Shown: positions 1 through 13,100, counted from the first letter of the stretch. The stretch is 64,000 nt of DNA from Azolla caroliniana (GCA_043228905.1 JBHGNT010000003.1:4030001-4094000), one strand, 5' to 3'. Notes: generated by a model from the sequence alone, not told the origin. Translations and numbers: made by a program.

Positions 1-2357
1 TTAATAGCTGTAGTCAAAACAGAAAAGAAAAAATTAATATATGGAAGAACTTTTTGTAGACTCTCTGAACGAGACTCTGACCAAGATGTGAGGGTGATTC
101 CTGGTTGGTTTTCCACGGGGTGTGGTAATGTTGGATGCTCGCAATACAAATGGATTTGCACGGATAATGCTCCAAGCACTGAGGTTACCAAACTTGTAAG
201 GTTCTTGTTATGACCATTAGTTGTAATAATGGGAACACATGGGAGTCGCATATCAACCTTGTTCTCCATAGCCAACTTCAATAGCTCACATATAGATTTC
301 TCAACCTTGGTCATGACATCTTTCCTCAAAGATTGAATTTCATGATGTATTGCATCCATCTTCTCTAAGAGTTGTTTATGATTGGCATCCATCTTATGAT
401 ATAAAATTGAGATTGCCTTTGCCATGACTTTGATACATCTCACCTCAACATTAGTTGTTGCCTCCAATTTTTGATCTTGTAGATGTTGCAACAAGCAATT
501 TTCAAAGTGTTCAGTGTTCATATTTTGTTCGCTATGTCGTTCTCTAGTCTTATTGAATTCATCATTCTCGGAGTACAATAATGGATTTTCTGCCTGTTGC
601 TCGAGCCATGCTTTACATGACGCGAGAACTTCCTCATAAATCTCAGAACCAAGGAGATCAATGAAATGATTTTGCAAATGACCACACCTTTGGTTAGGAG
701 TCCATTTCCAATCATAAGAGTGTTGCTCGCCTCGCTCAAGTTTTCTCTTGAGTTGCTGCTTCAAATAGATTATTTCCACGCATTGATCTTCTCTATCTTG
801 TGCCCTTGATGGAAAACATAAGCAGTCAGGCCGAATGACACTCTCGATTAGCTTAACCCCTTGGATGCCAGTGGGTTGGGCACATATCGTAGTCAAGGTG
901 TTGATGATATGCTTTTCCACATAAGCTAACGTCATTGGTGTATGACGTTCTTGACTCTTGGTTGGATGATCAGCTCGAATGAGCACATCAATGACATGGT
1001 CTGATTTTGCTTTGCAAAACACAATGATGATCTCTTTATCGGGAAAACAAATATATATGAAATCTTTGCCCAACGTGATCTCTGAATTATTGTCCTCAAA
1101 TGATTGGAAGACATTTTTAAATAATACTTGAATCCTCGGAAATAATCCTGGTGTGAGAAATGTGAGCTTTTGGTCTTCACATTGTAGCCTTCTACCCATG
1201 TATAGAAGAATATCAGTAGATTTATCATGATTTACGTTATATGTGCATGTTGATGGCCTCCATCGAAGTTTCTCCATACCTGAGCCATCTGTCAATAAAG
1301 CTGGGATAAAGATACAATCCACATTGCTATTGGGGACACCATGGTTAATGGTCACTTTGCAACATAGGTGCAATGCTTCCATCAAGTCTACTAGTAATGA
1401 GCCCTTAACATTAGTCTTGGTAATGGATTCTAAGATCTCCTCCAAGAATTCTTGTGGGGGGTATCCACGGTCAAATACAATAGTATCCTTAGATGCTTTA
1501 GAAATTGAGAAACCAATGAGGCTTCCCATGATCTCATTGCAAAACCAATTGGGATCAAGAATGATGTGGCTGATTCCGTTTATGTATATGATGCTACCGG
1601 ACTCATTCAAGGATAGGGCGATTGCGTTCAATTTGGCTTTGTCGCTGGAAAAATGGAGTGGATAGCATAATATCTCTTTGAACTTGTTCCATGTAATGAT
1701 TCGTTCATTTGTGTTTTTTAAATGATCGGAGAGATGTTCACCTACTTGTGTATAGATGCTGTACAGCTGAATGCCTCGGAGCATGTCTTTAGCAATGTTG
1801 AAGATGCAGTCTAGTAAAGATCTCACAGAATCCTCCTTTCTTGCATCTACATCGAACACACCATTGACAATGTCAATCACCCCTTTAAATTCGCATCGAA
1901 GTGAATCAATGGAACGTGAGAGAGACCTTGAGACCGACTTCATCTGGTCTGCTCTTGTGAATACCACGATCACTTTGAGGGCAATGTTGGACTGACGGCT
2001 TTTGGAGGCAAGGAACCTGAGCCAGTACCTGAAGCTGGCTTCAAAGTTCGACTCTGTTTTCTTCCCTCCTTTCTTCTGATTTTCACTCTCCATGGGACTC
2101 CAAACGAACATGAACATGGAGGGAGCATGATCAGAGCTTGTTGCTATGTCTGGGAACATGCAGTCGTGAAATGCGTGGAACTCCTGTTGGCCTGCCATGT
2201 CCCACAGCGACACTTGAATTCCGTCTCTTTCGATGGCTCTCACCTCGATTCCTTTTGTGCGAGCCTGTGCAGGAAACAGGGCTGTGAGAGGAGGAGATGG
2301 ACAGCTCGGCCGGTGAGAATGGCGGCGGCCGTGAGGATGTCCATCCACTCTTGCTTT
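1..2357 (-). CDS. TRN1-like: Stop-free reading frame (~785 codons) encoding Roc (G2-G5), COR, coiled coil and TRN1-type C-terminal domain; first in-frame ATG at 2198; partial at window edge
   Basis: Manual codon-by-codon check found no stop from 2357 to 3. Motifs: RTKGIEV (G2), WDMAGQQEF (G3), VVFTRAD (G4), ILDPNWFCNEIMG and GRRLQC..LTPGLFPRIQ (COR), IHLYCEHPTLPHPVENQPG. Not in the ORF track because its stop lies outside the window. Confidence 0.75.
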
Positions 2358-2704
2358 CTAGTGGTGGCATGGCTCAAATCGAACATCATGTCTCTGCTCC
2401 CCCATTCCCAAGCTCCATGTTCTTCATCAGGGCCATATGACACATAGCCTATGCTCTTGTCACCGTGATTTTGCCATGGGGTGGTATCGACTAGGAAGAG
2501 GTTCTCAACATTCTTGACTAGGAAGAGCTTCTTCTTAATTAGCACATCATTAGAATCAGGAGCTGCATGATATTGAGAGTTTGAGATTGAAGATAGGTTC
2601 AGTAGAGCTGCTCTTGATTTGTCAACCGCTCGTCTGATCTCATCAGAGTTCCACTTGCTGACTTTGTATTGATGAGGGGGTGGGAGGGGGTGAGGCTTCT
2701 CCAT
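1..2704 (-). pseudogene. TRN1-like: TORNADO1-like Roco gene, copy A. The N-terminal domain is fused out of frame to Roc(P-loop deleted)-COR-C-terminal domain; the 3' end runs off the window.
   Basis: ATG at 2704 (MEKPHPLPPPHQY..., homologous to copy C N-terminus). At ~2283 the sequence jumps to ALFPAQARTKGIEV...WDMAGQQEFHAFH in another frame; the GxxxxGKT segment present in copy C is absent. Confidence 0.8.
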
Positions 2705-3385
2705 GGAAATGAAGGAATGAATGTGTGCAGGGAATGAATGAAGAAAAATAATGGAATGTGAAGGAAAACTTATGACTGATAAATGGAAATAATAAATGAA
2801 ACTGTTAGTTTTAGCCAAAGTTTACATTAACATAATCATCAATCAAATTAAATTTGGCGACAAACATAACAATTATTAAAACAATACAAAACTGAAACTT
2901 CTCATCCACTAGGTCCACCTATCAATATTTGTGGACGGAGAGTAGTTCAAGATTTACTGTTTCATTTCTTTGTTAGCGTGTTTAATGAAAAACACACTTC
3001 CAACAATAATTTACATGTCAAACCACAAAACAATTTACTATGAATGAAGAATTTGATTGCTTTTACATGGCCATTTTTTGTGGCTTTTGAAATCTTCATC
3101 TTCTCTCACACAGTATTTACACATACCATACCATCAAGTCAAAGGACTTGGGTATGTCTTTCTACTTTTACAATGCAATGCCGTGTTTTCTTTTCCCTTC
3201 CATGACTTTTGATTGGCCCTGAGGAAATATAGATAAGATCTTGGCTGTCTTGTGGGTCATCTTTGGAAATGATGGTGTATATAAGTAGAGGATAGAAATG
3301 TAAAACAAAAAAGGGCTTGTTTATATTTGTAAAATTAAGCAAGAAGATAGTAGGGTAATGAGGCTCATTATAGATATGCTTATTA

Positions 3386-3779
3386 GGTAAGAAGGATTAA
3401 GGGTCATTTTTCATGCAATTTTTAAGCAAGGTCATTTGTCCAAGTGATAGTACAACAATGTCATCCACGTCCAAGTTGGTACCGCTCAATATATATAATT
3501 GAGTTTGTCATTAATCAATTATTCAACGCCAAACTTGCTCGAAATCAATTGAGCGGTATATAATTGAGTTTGTCATTAATCAATTATTCAACGCCAAACT
3601 TGCTCGAAGTCAATTGAGCGGTATATAATTGAGTTTGTCATTAATCAATTATTCAATGCCAAACTTGCTCGAAATCAATTGAGCGGTACCAACTTGGAAG
3701 TGGATGACATTTTTGTACTATTGATTGGACAAATGATCAAGATAAAATATTGTACTTCCAATACCCATCCTTCTTGACC
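3386..3779. mobile_element. MITE-like/foldback inverted repeat upstream of copy A (rearranged homolog of 59290-59623)
   Basis: Arms GGTCATTTGTCCAAG..GTCATCCACGTCCAAGTTGGTACCGCTCAAT and ATTGAGCGGTACCAACTTGGAAGTGGATGAC..TTGGACAAATGATC; no TSD seen. Confidence 0.55.
3493..3687 (+). repeat. 3 x 65-bp tandem repeat inside the inverted repeat
   Basis: Unit ATATAATTGAGTTTGTCATTAATCAATTATTCAACGCCAAACTTGCTCGAAATCAATTGAGCGGT starts at 3493, 3558 and 3623, with at most 1 mismatch each. Confidence 0.95.
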
Positions 3780-3965
3780 ACTCTTTTCAAATGAATTTGG
3801 GTCATATTATGTATTATGCTACTATGGCCTTGATATTAGGGTTTGAATAATTTGACATTATCATGTTTGATGAGATAAATTCAAGTGAGCATGTGTAGTA
3901 GAAGTGAGTTAGATGCCATAACAAGTAATTTTACCATTGTAGTTTGACAAAAAATTACAAGTAAT

Positions 3966-5212
3966 TGATGAGAGAGAATGAGTGAGTGAGAGAGATGAGG
4001 AGTAAGACACAGAGAATACGCAAAGTAAAGTATATTAACAAAGGAGGAAGACTCAACAACATACAAGGTGGGAGGATGGTGCTTTATATCGTCACCCTCT
4101 CTCTTCATTAACTACAAGACTCATGGAGCATGGGGAATGTGAAAGCTCATAAGTTATGTGTCATAGAATATGATTCTATGACTCATACTAAACGCTAGAA
4201 TACACAGTGGTGACATAATGGTGACTCTTGACCGTTGGAGTGTCCATTCACTCTCAAGGAGTGTCTAGTCACTGTCAAGGTGAGTTCACACACTATACCA
4301 AGTTGAGCTTGATTCTCAACACACCCCCTCAAGCTCAAGTCGGGTCGGTTTCAGATGGTATCCGAAATCGGCTTCGACTCACGTTCCGGAGTCTGCGTCG
4401 ACTCACATTTATGCGGAGTTGCGGAATCCGTGCTCCAGCTTGCGTTGTGCGTAGTTGCGAAGTCTGTGTTTCGGCTTGCGTCTTTCTTCGCGGCTTGGTT
4501 GTGCGGTTGCGGAATCCACGCGTTATTGCGTAGTGTCTTCAGTACTCCCCCTCAAGCTTGGCAGTTCAGGGATTGTCAATAGGAGATCGGTCATGAATTG
4601 CCATAGCTTGTTGGCTCCTAAGGCTTTAGTGAAGATGTCGGCCGTTTGAAGATTTGTATTGATGTGTTGAAGGTCGACATCTCCGGCTTGTACGTGCTCT
4701 CGAATGAAGTTATAGTGCACTTCGATATGCTTTGTGCGTGTGTGGAACACTGGGTTCTGAGCCAAATATATACTGCTCATGTTGTCGCAGTAAAGGGGAG
4801 TCGGATCCTTGATGGGAACGCCCAAATCCTTCAAAATCCTGTTGAGCCCTACAGCTTCACATGCAACTATGGTTGCGCCCCTGTATTCCGTCTCCTAACT
4901 CAAAAGAGCAACGGTAGGCTGCTTCTTGCTACTCCACGAAATCGCTCCGCTGCCAAGGGAAAAGACAAATACGGAGGTCAATCGGCGATCGGCTTTGTAG
5001 CCTACTCAGTCCGCGTCTGTGTACCCTTTCAGCCGTATTTGTGTGGACGATGCGTAAAGAACGCCGTAATCCATTGTGCCGCTCACGTATCGTAATACTC
5101 GCTTAGCGCAATCAAAATGGATATCTCGCGGAGTTTGCATGAATTGGCTGAGTCCGACTAGATAACTAAGGTCAGGTCGAGTGATCGTGAGGTAGATGAG
5201 ACTCCCGATTAG
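3966..5212 (-). mobile_element. Truncated Ty1/copia remnant: 3' LTR (~3966-4321), PPT, RNase H and end of RT
   Basis: ORF 4523-4834 LYCDNMSSIYLAQNPVFHTRTKHIEVHY is copia RNase H; PPT adjacent to TGTTGA LTR start at 4321; LTR is similar to the solo LTR at 31984-32441. Confidence 0.85.
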
Positions 5213-5766
5213 TTCCCAACTTTCTCATATCCTCTTGTTAGTGTCATGTTCCTTTTTCTTCTTTTTCTTTCTTTCTTTGTTATTAGAAATTAGGTCACCC
5301 TAGTGGTAAGTTGTTATGCTACTACTGCCTATGTCATGTTTTCTTCATATTCTCGAATATACGTTTTATGAGTTTTTGAACGTTTGATTATAATTTATAA
5401 TGACATATTTTGATTCAATCTCTATAGTTCATACTTTTTTTGTAAAGTTCTAAAGTAAGGATGATAGAGATGTCTTGATTCTTAAGAAGCATCCCAAAAG
5501 TATGCATGTGATACAATGCAAATATTGCAACCATACTTATGTTGGTAGTTCACAATGGATTAGAGTCCACTTATTGGGATTGGGAGTGAATCAATATATA
5601 ATATAGACCATAGTCAATCCAATCCAACTTTGAGATGATTTACCATACACGTTTGATTGAATCATTCTCGAATGCGAATGCACGTATTATACGTATGGTT
5701 CATTCTATGCATGCATACATAAATGCATACATACATAAGCTAACTCTCACAAAAAAAGTGAACTGC

Positions 5767-5792
5767 GCACACACACACACACACACACACAC
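5767..5792 (+). repeat. (CA)n microsatellite
   Basis: Directly visible. Confidence 0.9.
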
Positions 5793-6195
5793 AGTTTCTC
5801 TCTCCCTAACCTCCACCGCCGTCCTTTTGTTCAAGATCCCCCCTTCGCTCAGCTCTTTAATACTCCTCCATCTTCTCTCTGCTCAACCATACATTATACA
5901 TATATCTTTACATCTGGATACCACTGTTTTGAAACTCCAATCTTTGCAACTTGATTTGTATGCATTGAAAAATCAAACTCCTTGTATTGCTTTTTGATCT
6001 GTTGTGTATAGACAGGCTCCTCAAAACCTCCTCTTCACTCAACCCCCTTGTAATTGCCCACCAATTTGAAGCACTGTCAGTCTGCAAAGATCAGTTCCCA
6101 AATGTCTTTATCTGTCCATAGCAATGCATTCAATTCACATTGATTCGACACTACCCAAATGTTTCTAGTCATAAATCGGAATTCGTTGGTGCAAG

Positions 6196-6199
<4 letters not shown>

Positions 6200-6242
<43 letters not shown>
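6200..6242 (+). repeat. (CT)n microsatellite at the 3' end of the LINE ORF fragment
   Basis: Directly visible. Confidence 0.9.
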
Positions 6243-6244
<2 letters not shown>

Positions 6245-7224
6245 CCAATTTGGCCGAGTGGTGCAAGTGTGTCGGCATTCGTTGTCTCCTCAGGTTCCTG
6301 AAAAACTGCATTTGTTACATGTTCGTGATCATTAGCAACATTATTGTCAACATTTTGTAATTTATTCTCTCTGTGTTGTTTTAGCTCTAGAATGTATTTG
6401 CCTAATTTCTTTATATCTAGAGTATCTAATAGTTTGGGGAGGGTGGGAGACGGACCAAGTATGTCTTGGTATTTTGCCCTTATCTCGGCATAGGTTGGAC
6501 ACTTGCATGTAAAGTGGTACTCATCCTCTATCTCTATGTGACATAACCTACATATCCTTTCCTCCCTAGGGACTCCACTAGTACGGCCATTTTCAATCTC
6601 AAGTTGGTGAGATGATATTCTAAGTTGTCCAATGGCAACCCTTAGTGCATGTGGTAAGAATACATCTAGATATTTTGGCCGCGTGATAAAACCTAACTCA
6701 GAGAAGTGCATGAAGTGTTTCTTATAGTACGACATTTTAGATGGGAGTGGCTCTAGTGGGGTGATCCATTTACACCGAGTGTAAATTTGCCATATTTCTT
6801 GGCGTATTACTTTATTGTGGTTCTCATGAGAGATTAAGGTGTTATCAGTCGTGTGCTTGTACCTAAGGGGAGGTAGGTTATTAATGTCTAGACCATTCGC
6901 AAGAAGCCAAGTCACCATCATGCCATACCATGAGCTAGTATAGCCAGACTCATACAATGATCGAGAGGCCTTAAAGGCTTGATGAGATATTCTATCATGT
7001 GGTTGGCTATGTATCCTATCAATAAAGACTACAAGTTGAAAAAGTGCCTCTACTAGCATTGGGGGTAACGTGAACTCGGCCCTAATAATGTCATGTGGTA
7101 CAGTCGATTTGCTTCGGAGTTGGCGTGATAGCATCATCACCAATGGTCTCTCTAATTGCGTCCACATGAAGGATGGTAATCCTGGAGCCCAAACCGCTGA
7201 TGCATACATGAGGGAGGGGGTCAC
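6241..7224 (-). mobile_element. 5'-truncated non-LTR retrotransposon (LINE) ORF2 C-terminus with CCHC zinc knuckle
   Basis: 327-aa frame: LMYASAVW, LRISSHQLEIENGR, RICRLCHIEIEDEYHFTCKCPTY are typical post-RT LINE motifs. Confidence 0.8.

Positions 7225-7228
<4 letters not shown>

Positions 7229-7255
<27 letters not shown>
7229..7255 (+). repeat. (GA)n microsatellite at the 5' truncation point of the LINE
   Basis: Directly visible. Confidence 0.9.
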
Positions 7256-7399
7256 TGAGCCTTTGGTTTATAGATTGTGCAGAGAGCAATAAATTCAGAG
7301 GTCTCACTGGTTTCTCTATTTCTCCTTCATCCATTTTGTTGACTGTTTTGTTGGGGAAAAACTCAAGAATACAACAAAATTTCATAGGGAAGCTAACAA

Positions 7400-7710
7400 A
7401 TTGTTTCAACACTTTGTGCTGTAAAAATAGGCTAAGTAATCAATACAAACTATGCTGGAAAATAGGCTAAGTAATCAATACAAACTAATCTGGACAGCAA
7501 CTCCACAAGAAATTCTACACCCAAACACAACCAAGTAAACGATCAAAGAGACACTAGATTTACATGGAAAACCCTGATGTGTGGAAAAAACCACGGGACC
7601 GTTCACAACAGCACCAAAACTCCACTAATAAATTGGGTGCAACTAATTTTCATCTCTAGTTCAATCTAGAGGCTATACAATCTTCAAGGTAAGCCCTTGG
7701 ATCAACATGT
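7400..7710 (-). mobile_element. Probable degenerate LTR remnant
   Basis: TTTACATGGAAAACCC..GGAAAAAACCACGG is the reverse complement of the motif in the solo LTR at ~13785-13823; a 28-bp tandem duplication at ~7425-7487; ends uncertain. Confidence 0.35.
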
Positions 7711-9719
7711 CTCTGCAAATCATCACATTTAGTGACAAAATACACAAATTCATAGGTTCTAATCTGAGCAGGATTTATAAAGATAGAGAAGTCAAAACGA
7801 TAATCCCACCGTTGGATTTGAAGAAGAGAGTGTCAGGAACAACACATAGTACCCAGAGCTTCTGCTTCAATAGTGTTCTCTAGAATAAGGATATACCAAC
7901 ATGCCATTGATCAAGCAAGTGAGCAAGAAACAGAACCCAAGAGATGTATACACCATCAATTACAACGATTGATATATGCACTATTATGAACAATAAGATG
8001 AGAAATGAATAGACAGACAGAAAGAGCGCACCAAATTTCTTACACTGGATTCTATTTTATTTTTTGATTCAAAAGAAAATGGAAATATATATTATTTGAT
8101 TCTACTCGGATGAGCCATATTTTCTACTCCTAGCTTCGGGATTCCTCAGAGCATGAGCGACAATTGCACATGATAGCGATCGAATTCTGTGGCAACATAC
8201 CGTCGGACCCATCATAGTGGCTTGATGACATAGTGGCTAGATCTCTGTTCTAGTCGTCTATTCCATCCATCATAGATGATAATCTAACTGTATGAAACAA
8301 ACAGTTTTGTTCTATGCATTTATTGTTTTTCAACCACATCCAAATACATGGATCAAATAATAAGAGATTTGACATCTTCTATGTCAATGGTCAAAGAGGA
8401 CCATCTTGGTGAGGTTACCTTTATGAAACACCAGTTTCAGTAAATTTAGAAATGCTGGGAAACATCTGCGAACCCTCCTTTCCTTCAGTAAGTATACATA
8501 AAAGTTATATGAATCAACATTTGTTAACTTCAGAAAACTATTAGAAGAGTGGCCTTTGTATGTCTGAATTTTTGTTTAGGTACTATATGATGAGAAATCA
8601 GGTGATGAAAAAAGTGTTGATTGGACATATCAAATTCAATTTTGTAATATATACATATATATATTATATATGTCCAATCAAATGCAACATGCTTTCACTC
8701 GACTTCGTTACGTGGAATGGCTTGACATAACAATTGCTTTTCATGGAGATTTTTCAAATTTGACGTTGTATGTCAAAAAGTGATGTAAGATGCATTGTGT
8801 GTGGATGGTAGAATGTGGAGCACATGGTTTTAGAGTCAAAATAGGTAAAAGCATAATGTGTTGTAGATGGTAAAGTGTAGAGCACATGGTATTAGAGAGA
8901 AAACATGAAGGCCCCATCAATTTGTTGTGTAAAATTGGAGCGAGCAACTACATGAAACTTTCTCATGAAAAGGAATGAGTAAACCCGATAGAAAAAAAGA
9001 GGGCCTAAAATTCACATGCTATCCACTTTAAACCACAATACTACCTTATTTGTCTGATCAAATTCTTTAGCTCTAACGGCAAATTGAGCACTTTTCGATT
9101 AAAGATAAACCTTTATCACATTTATTTCCTTTCATGGGCACCTCATTGGGCTCACTTTCAAGAGTATGAGGTTTTATAGGCATTGTACGATGACAATGAT
9201 TCATTGCAATGAAAAATAGGGTTTGTAGGATGGGTTGTTTGTGTTGGAATTTATACTAAATGGATTGAATTGTGCAAATTCTCATTGATAAGGTCAATTG
9301 TTTACGAGTACAAAATCCTCTCACTCCCTATTCATTTTCTAGTAGATTTTCATCTCCACACAAATGAAGAAAACATATACATACAATGATCAAGTACAAT
9401 ATCCTATTAATGGTTCCCATAATGCTATTAATGATCAAGACAAATGCTTCCCATAATTAAAAATGAAGATCATATCGTCATAGAAGTGCTTTCATTGAAA
9501 TGATTGGTCCTTATGCTCTTAGAAGTAATTATGCACTACTAATGCAAACTCAATTTATTTACACGTAATTGTTTTCAAGACAAGCTTTATATATTTCGTG
9601 TGGTTTTCTCTCTTTATGAAATATGAAAAACAACATTATCTTTGTATACAACTTTAGGGTATACATGTGTTTAAACAATTAATTATGAGAGTGATTATGT
9701 TAAAGATTCCATGGATTAT

Positions 9720-10181
9720 TGTTGAGCGGGCAAGCTCAACCGGATCCGGATCGACTGAATAAGCTAGAGCCGGATCGGCATCCGGAGCCAAGAGCCGAAT
9801 CGGTATCTAGAAACAACCGGTCGGATCCAGGAGACGGATCGGAGAGCCGGATTCGAGTGCGAACCGGAAGCCTAGTAGTAGCCTAGACGACTAGGTAGTT
9901 GTTGTCTCGTAGTTAGTGTCAGTCGCTCGTAGGAGCATTGAAGTACGTTGTACTTCTATTAGTCCTTCTAAGGACTTGTATAAATGGTGCTCTGTAAGCA
10001 CATTATATGTACACAGAGTTACAAAGTGTTATTTTTTTAATAGAGTTTTATGTTTTGCTCTCTCTCTGTCTCTTTGGCATATATATATTCTTTGTGTTAA
10101 GCTTCCATTGAACCTCCCTCTCTAATTGTTGCTATCCGGCTAAGCCGGTTTGTTGAACACTTTTGCACGTTTATTTTGATA
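9720..10181 (+). repeat. 5' LTR of copia 1
   Basis: TGTTGA...TTTGATA followed by the PBS; similar to 31168-31661. Confidence 0.9.
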
Positions 10182-13100
10182 TGGTATCAGAGTGCGAGGG
10201 TTGAGAACCTCTGCAGCCGACATACGCTTTCGAGGACAAACCCTAATATCCGGTAAGGACAGACAAAGAAAGATATGGACAAAGGTATGGCGAGTTCACT
10301 CCCAACAAAAAAGCTCGACCGGGGCAACTATGCGTCCTGGTCATATAAAATGCACCAATACCTGCTGGGGCATGGATATTGGAGCTATATGGAGGGAACC
10401 AGCGCCGGAACTGGCACACAAAGACTTTCCGGCTTGGGAGGAAGGAGCGAGCCGAGTGTTGCACTGCCTCGCATCCAGTGTGCACGACCAGATGATCGGC
10501 TACATCAAAGATGCTAAGACGCCGAAATAGGCCTGGGAGAAACTAAAGAAGATTTTTGCAGCAAGTACCTTGTTGGTTCCAACTCCAGCTTCGGCAAGAA
10601 CTGAACAATATCCAACAAACGGATATGTCAGTTACAGACTAAACCGCGAAGATAAAGGAGATTTGCGAGGCATTAGGGTCCATTGACATCACAGTAGACG
10701 AGGGCACAAAGACAAAGAGAGTGTAAGAACAAGCAGGGGGAGTCAAGTCGGAGCCGGAAACCTGCAGTCGAAAATTGACACAGAATGTTAGTACTGTGGA
10801 AAGAAAGGCCACATCGAGAGCGAGTCCTGGAAGAAGCGTACCGATCCGGATAAATCCGGATCCGGCAAGGCCGGACAAGGGAAACAACAAAGCTCACACT
10901 ACGTAGAAGGATCGGAAGGATCTGGAACTAGGAAGACCAATAAAGGGCTAAACTTCGTGTTGAAGCACAAGGCTAACTCGATGAAGAAGACTACTTCCAA
11001 ATCAGAGGAAGTATGGTACGTTGATTCTGGAGCGTCCAACTAGCGTCCAACCACATGACGAGCCATGAAGAGTGGTTCTCCTTTTTGGAGAAACCGGAAC
11101 AACCGGGGATTGTTGAAACCGGAGAAGACACCCCTCACCCAATTGTGTATGTCGGAGAAGTCCCTTTAAGACATGTCGGACAAAAGGGGAAGCTGATGAA
11201 CGTATTACATGTTCCGACTATCACAAAGAACCTGGTGTCGGTTGGAGAAATTGTCAACCAGGGGATGCAAGTGCGGTTTGCGCACCTCGGGTGCTTCATC
11301 GAGGAAGAAGGCTGGATAATTGTGCAAGGGCGCAGAGAAGGGAGGATGTTCATTCTCAACACTAATGACGTTGACACCTCCATGTTTGCCAAAGGACAGA
11401 AGATTGAATCGGACATTCATCTCTAGCACAAGCGGATCGACCACGTCACTTACCGAAGGCTTAAGGACCTGCAATCGAAACAGTTTGTGTTCGGTTTGCC
11501 GAAATTCAGTGGCCGGAAGGCCCAAGTTTGTGAAGCTTGCCAACTCGGGAAGCAACACCGGCTTCCATTCCCCACCGAATGAAACCGGAACTATCACAAG
11601 CTTGACTTAATCCATTCGGATGTGTGGGGACCGGCACAAAATGTTAGTCTTGGCGGGAGCCGATATTTCGTCTCCTTCATCGACGATTACAGTCGGCACA
11701 CGTGGATCTACGTCATCGAGAAGAAAAGTGAAGTCTTCGAATGTTTCTGGAACCTTCAAAGCTTAGTTGAACGGGAAACAGAGAGGAAGATCAAGTGCTT
11801 GCGGTCGGATGGCGGAAAAGAATTCTGTTCCGGCCAATTCATTGGTTATCTGCGGCAAAAGGGAATTTGGAGAGAATTCAGTTGCAGATACACACCGGAG
11901 AAAAATGGTGTGGCCGAAAGGAAGAATCGGTTGATTGTCGACGCGGTAGGGGCAATGCTGGTGGAGAAGAGCATGCCCCAATTCTACTGGGCTAAGGCGA
12001 TGGTCGTCTACATCCAAAACCAGATCGGAGACAAGGTGTCAGCACATGAGCTGTATTTCGGGTGGAAGCCCGATTTGAGGCACCTTCGGATATTTGTTAG
12101 CATAGCATATGTGCATGTACCGGATGACAAGCGGATAAAGTTGGATCCGAAATCGGAGAAGTGCATAGTCGCATGAACAAAAGGGGTATAAATGTTATAA
12201 CCCCGGACTAAATAGGTACGAGTAAGTCGAGATGTCGAGTTTAATGAGTCGGCATCATGGTACACCCTACCGACTCCAACTCCCGACGAAGATCCGATTC
12301 TGGAGGATGAGGCTAGTGAACCTGAAGAGGTTCAAGAAGAAGATGAAGGATTGGGTACTCTAGATGAGAGTCCGATATCATTTCGGCTAACTGGACCTAA
12401 TGAGCAGCTGAGTTAGGAGGACCAGACGGATGAAGAACCAACGAGTAGTGGAGACTCTCCCGTGCTCTCCCCGCGCAAGGAACCGAGGAGACGGTTCACG
12501 CGCAAAGAGAAAGGGAAGAAGAAGATGCCGGAATACGATACCAGAAATGAAGGGTCAGATCAAAGCGAATCTGACCATGGAAAGGGAGAAGGCGGATCTT
12601 TAGAAATGAAGCCCGAACCGGCCAAGAAGGGCCTCAAACTGGATAACGAAAAGTTACGTCGGCCAACCCGTCAAAAGAAAAATGTCATGAGGTACGGGTA
12701 CAATAAGTACATGGCGCATCACTATGCGTCCATGACTAAGGTGGTGGAAGTGCGTGAGCCAGAGAGCTACGCAGGATCAACAAAATACACAAATTGGCGT
12801 AGTTGTGGAGAAAGCCGCCCCTAGGAGGAATTAGGGAAATATGCACAAGAATTGGCCCTTACGTGTGGACATGCTATTTAATTACTTGTACATGCTTAGG
12901 AGAAATTCGGTTGATGTGAAGATACTAGGTAGTACGCATTTATTGTTTAGGAAATCGTAGTGTATCTTTGTCCGAGGTGATAGGGAATAAAGATGATGTA
13001 ACCAGGGTATAACGGTTTGTCCTTGGAGGCCTATAAAGGGGAGGGGAGAAGGTTGAGAGGCGGATCTCTTTTGTCGAGGACTAAGTGCTGTCGGACTGGA

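Noticed and set aside
2283-2300. CTCCTCCTCTCACAG as a splice acceptor rescuing copy A
   Set aside because: It looks like an acceptor, but I found no convincing phase-1 donor upstream, and the P-loop would still be absent
3493-3687. CRISPR-like array
   Set aside because: Units are contiguous with no unique spacers, no cas genes, eukaryotic context
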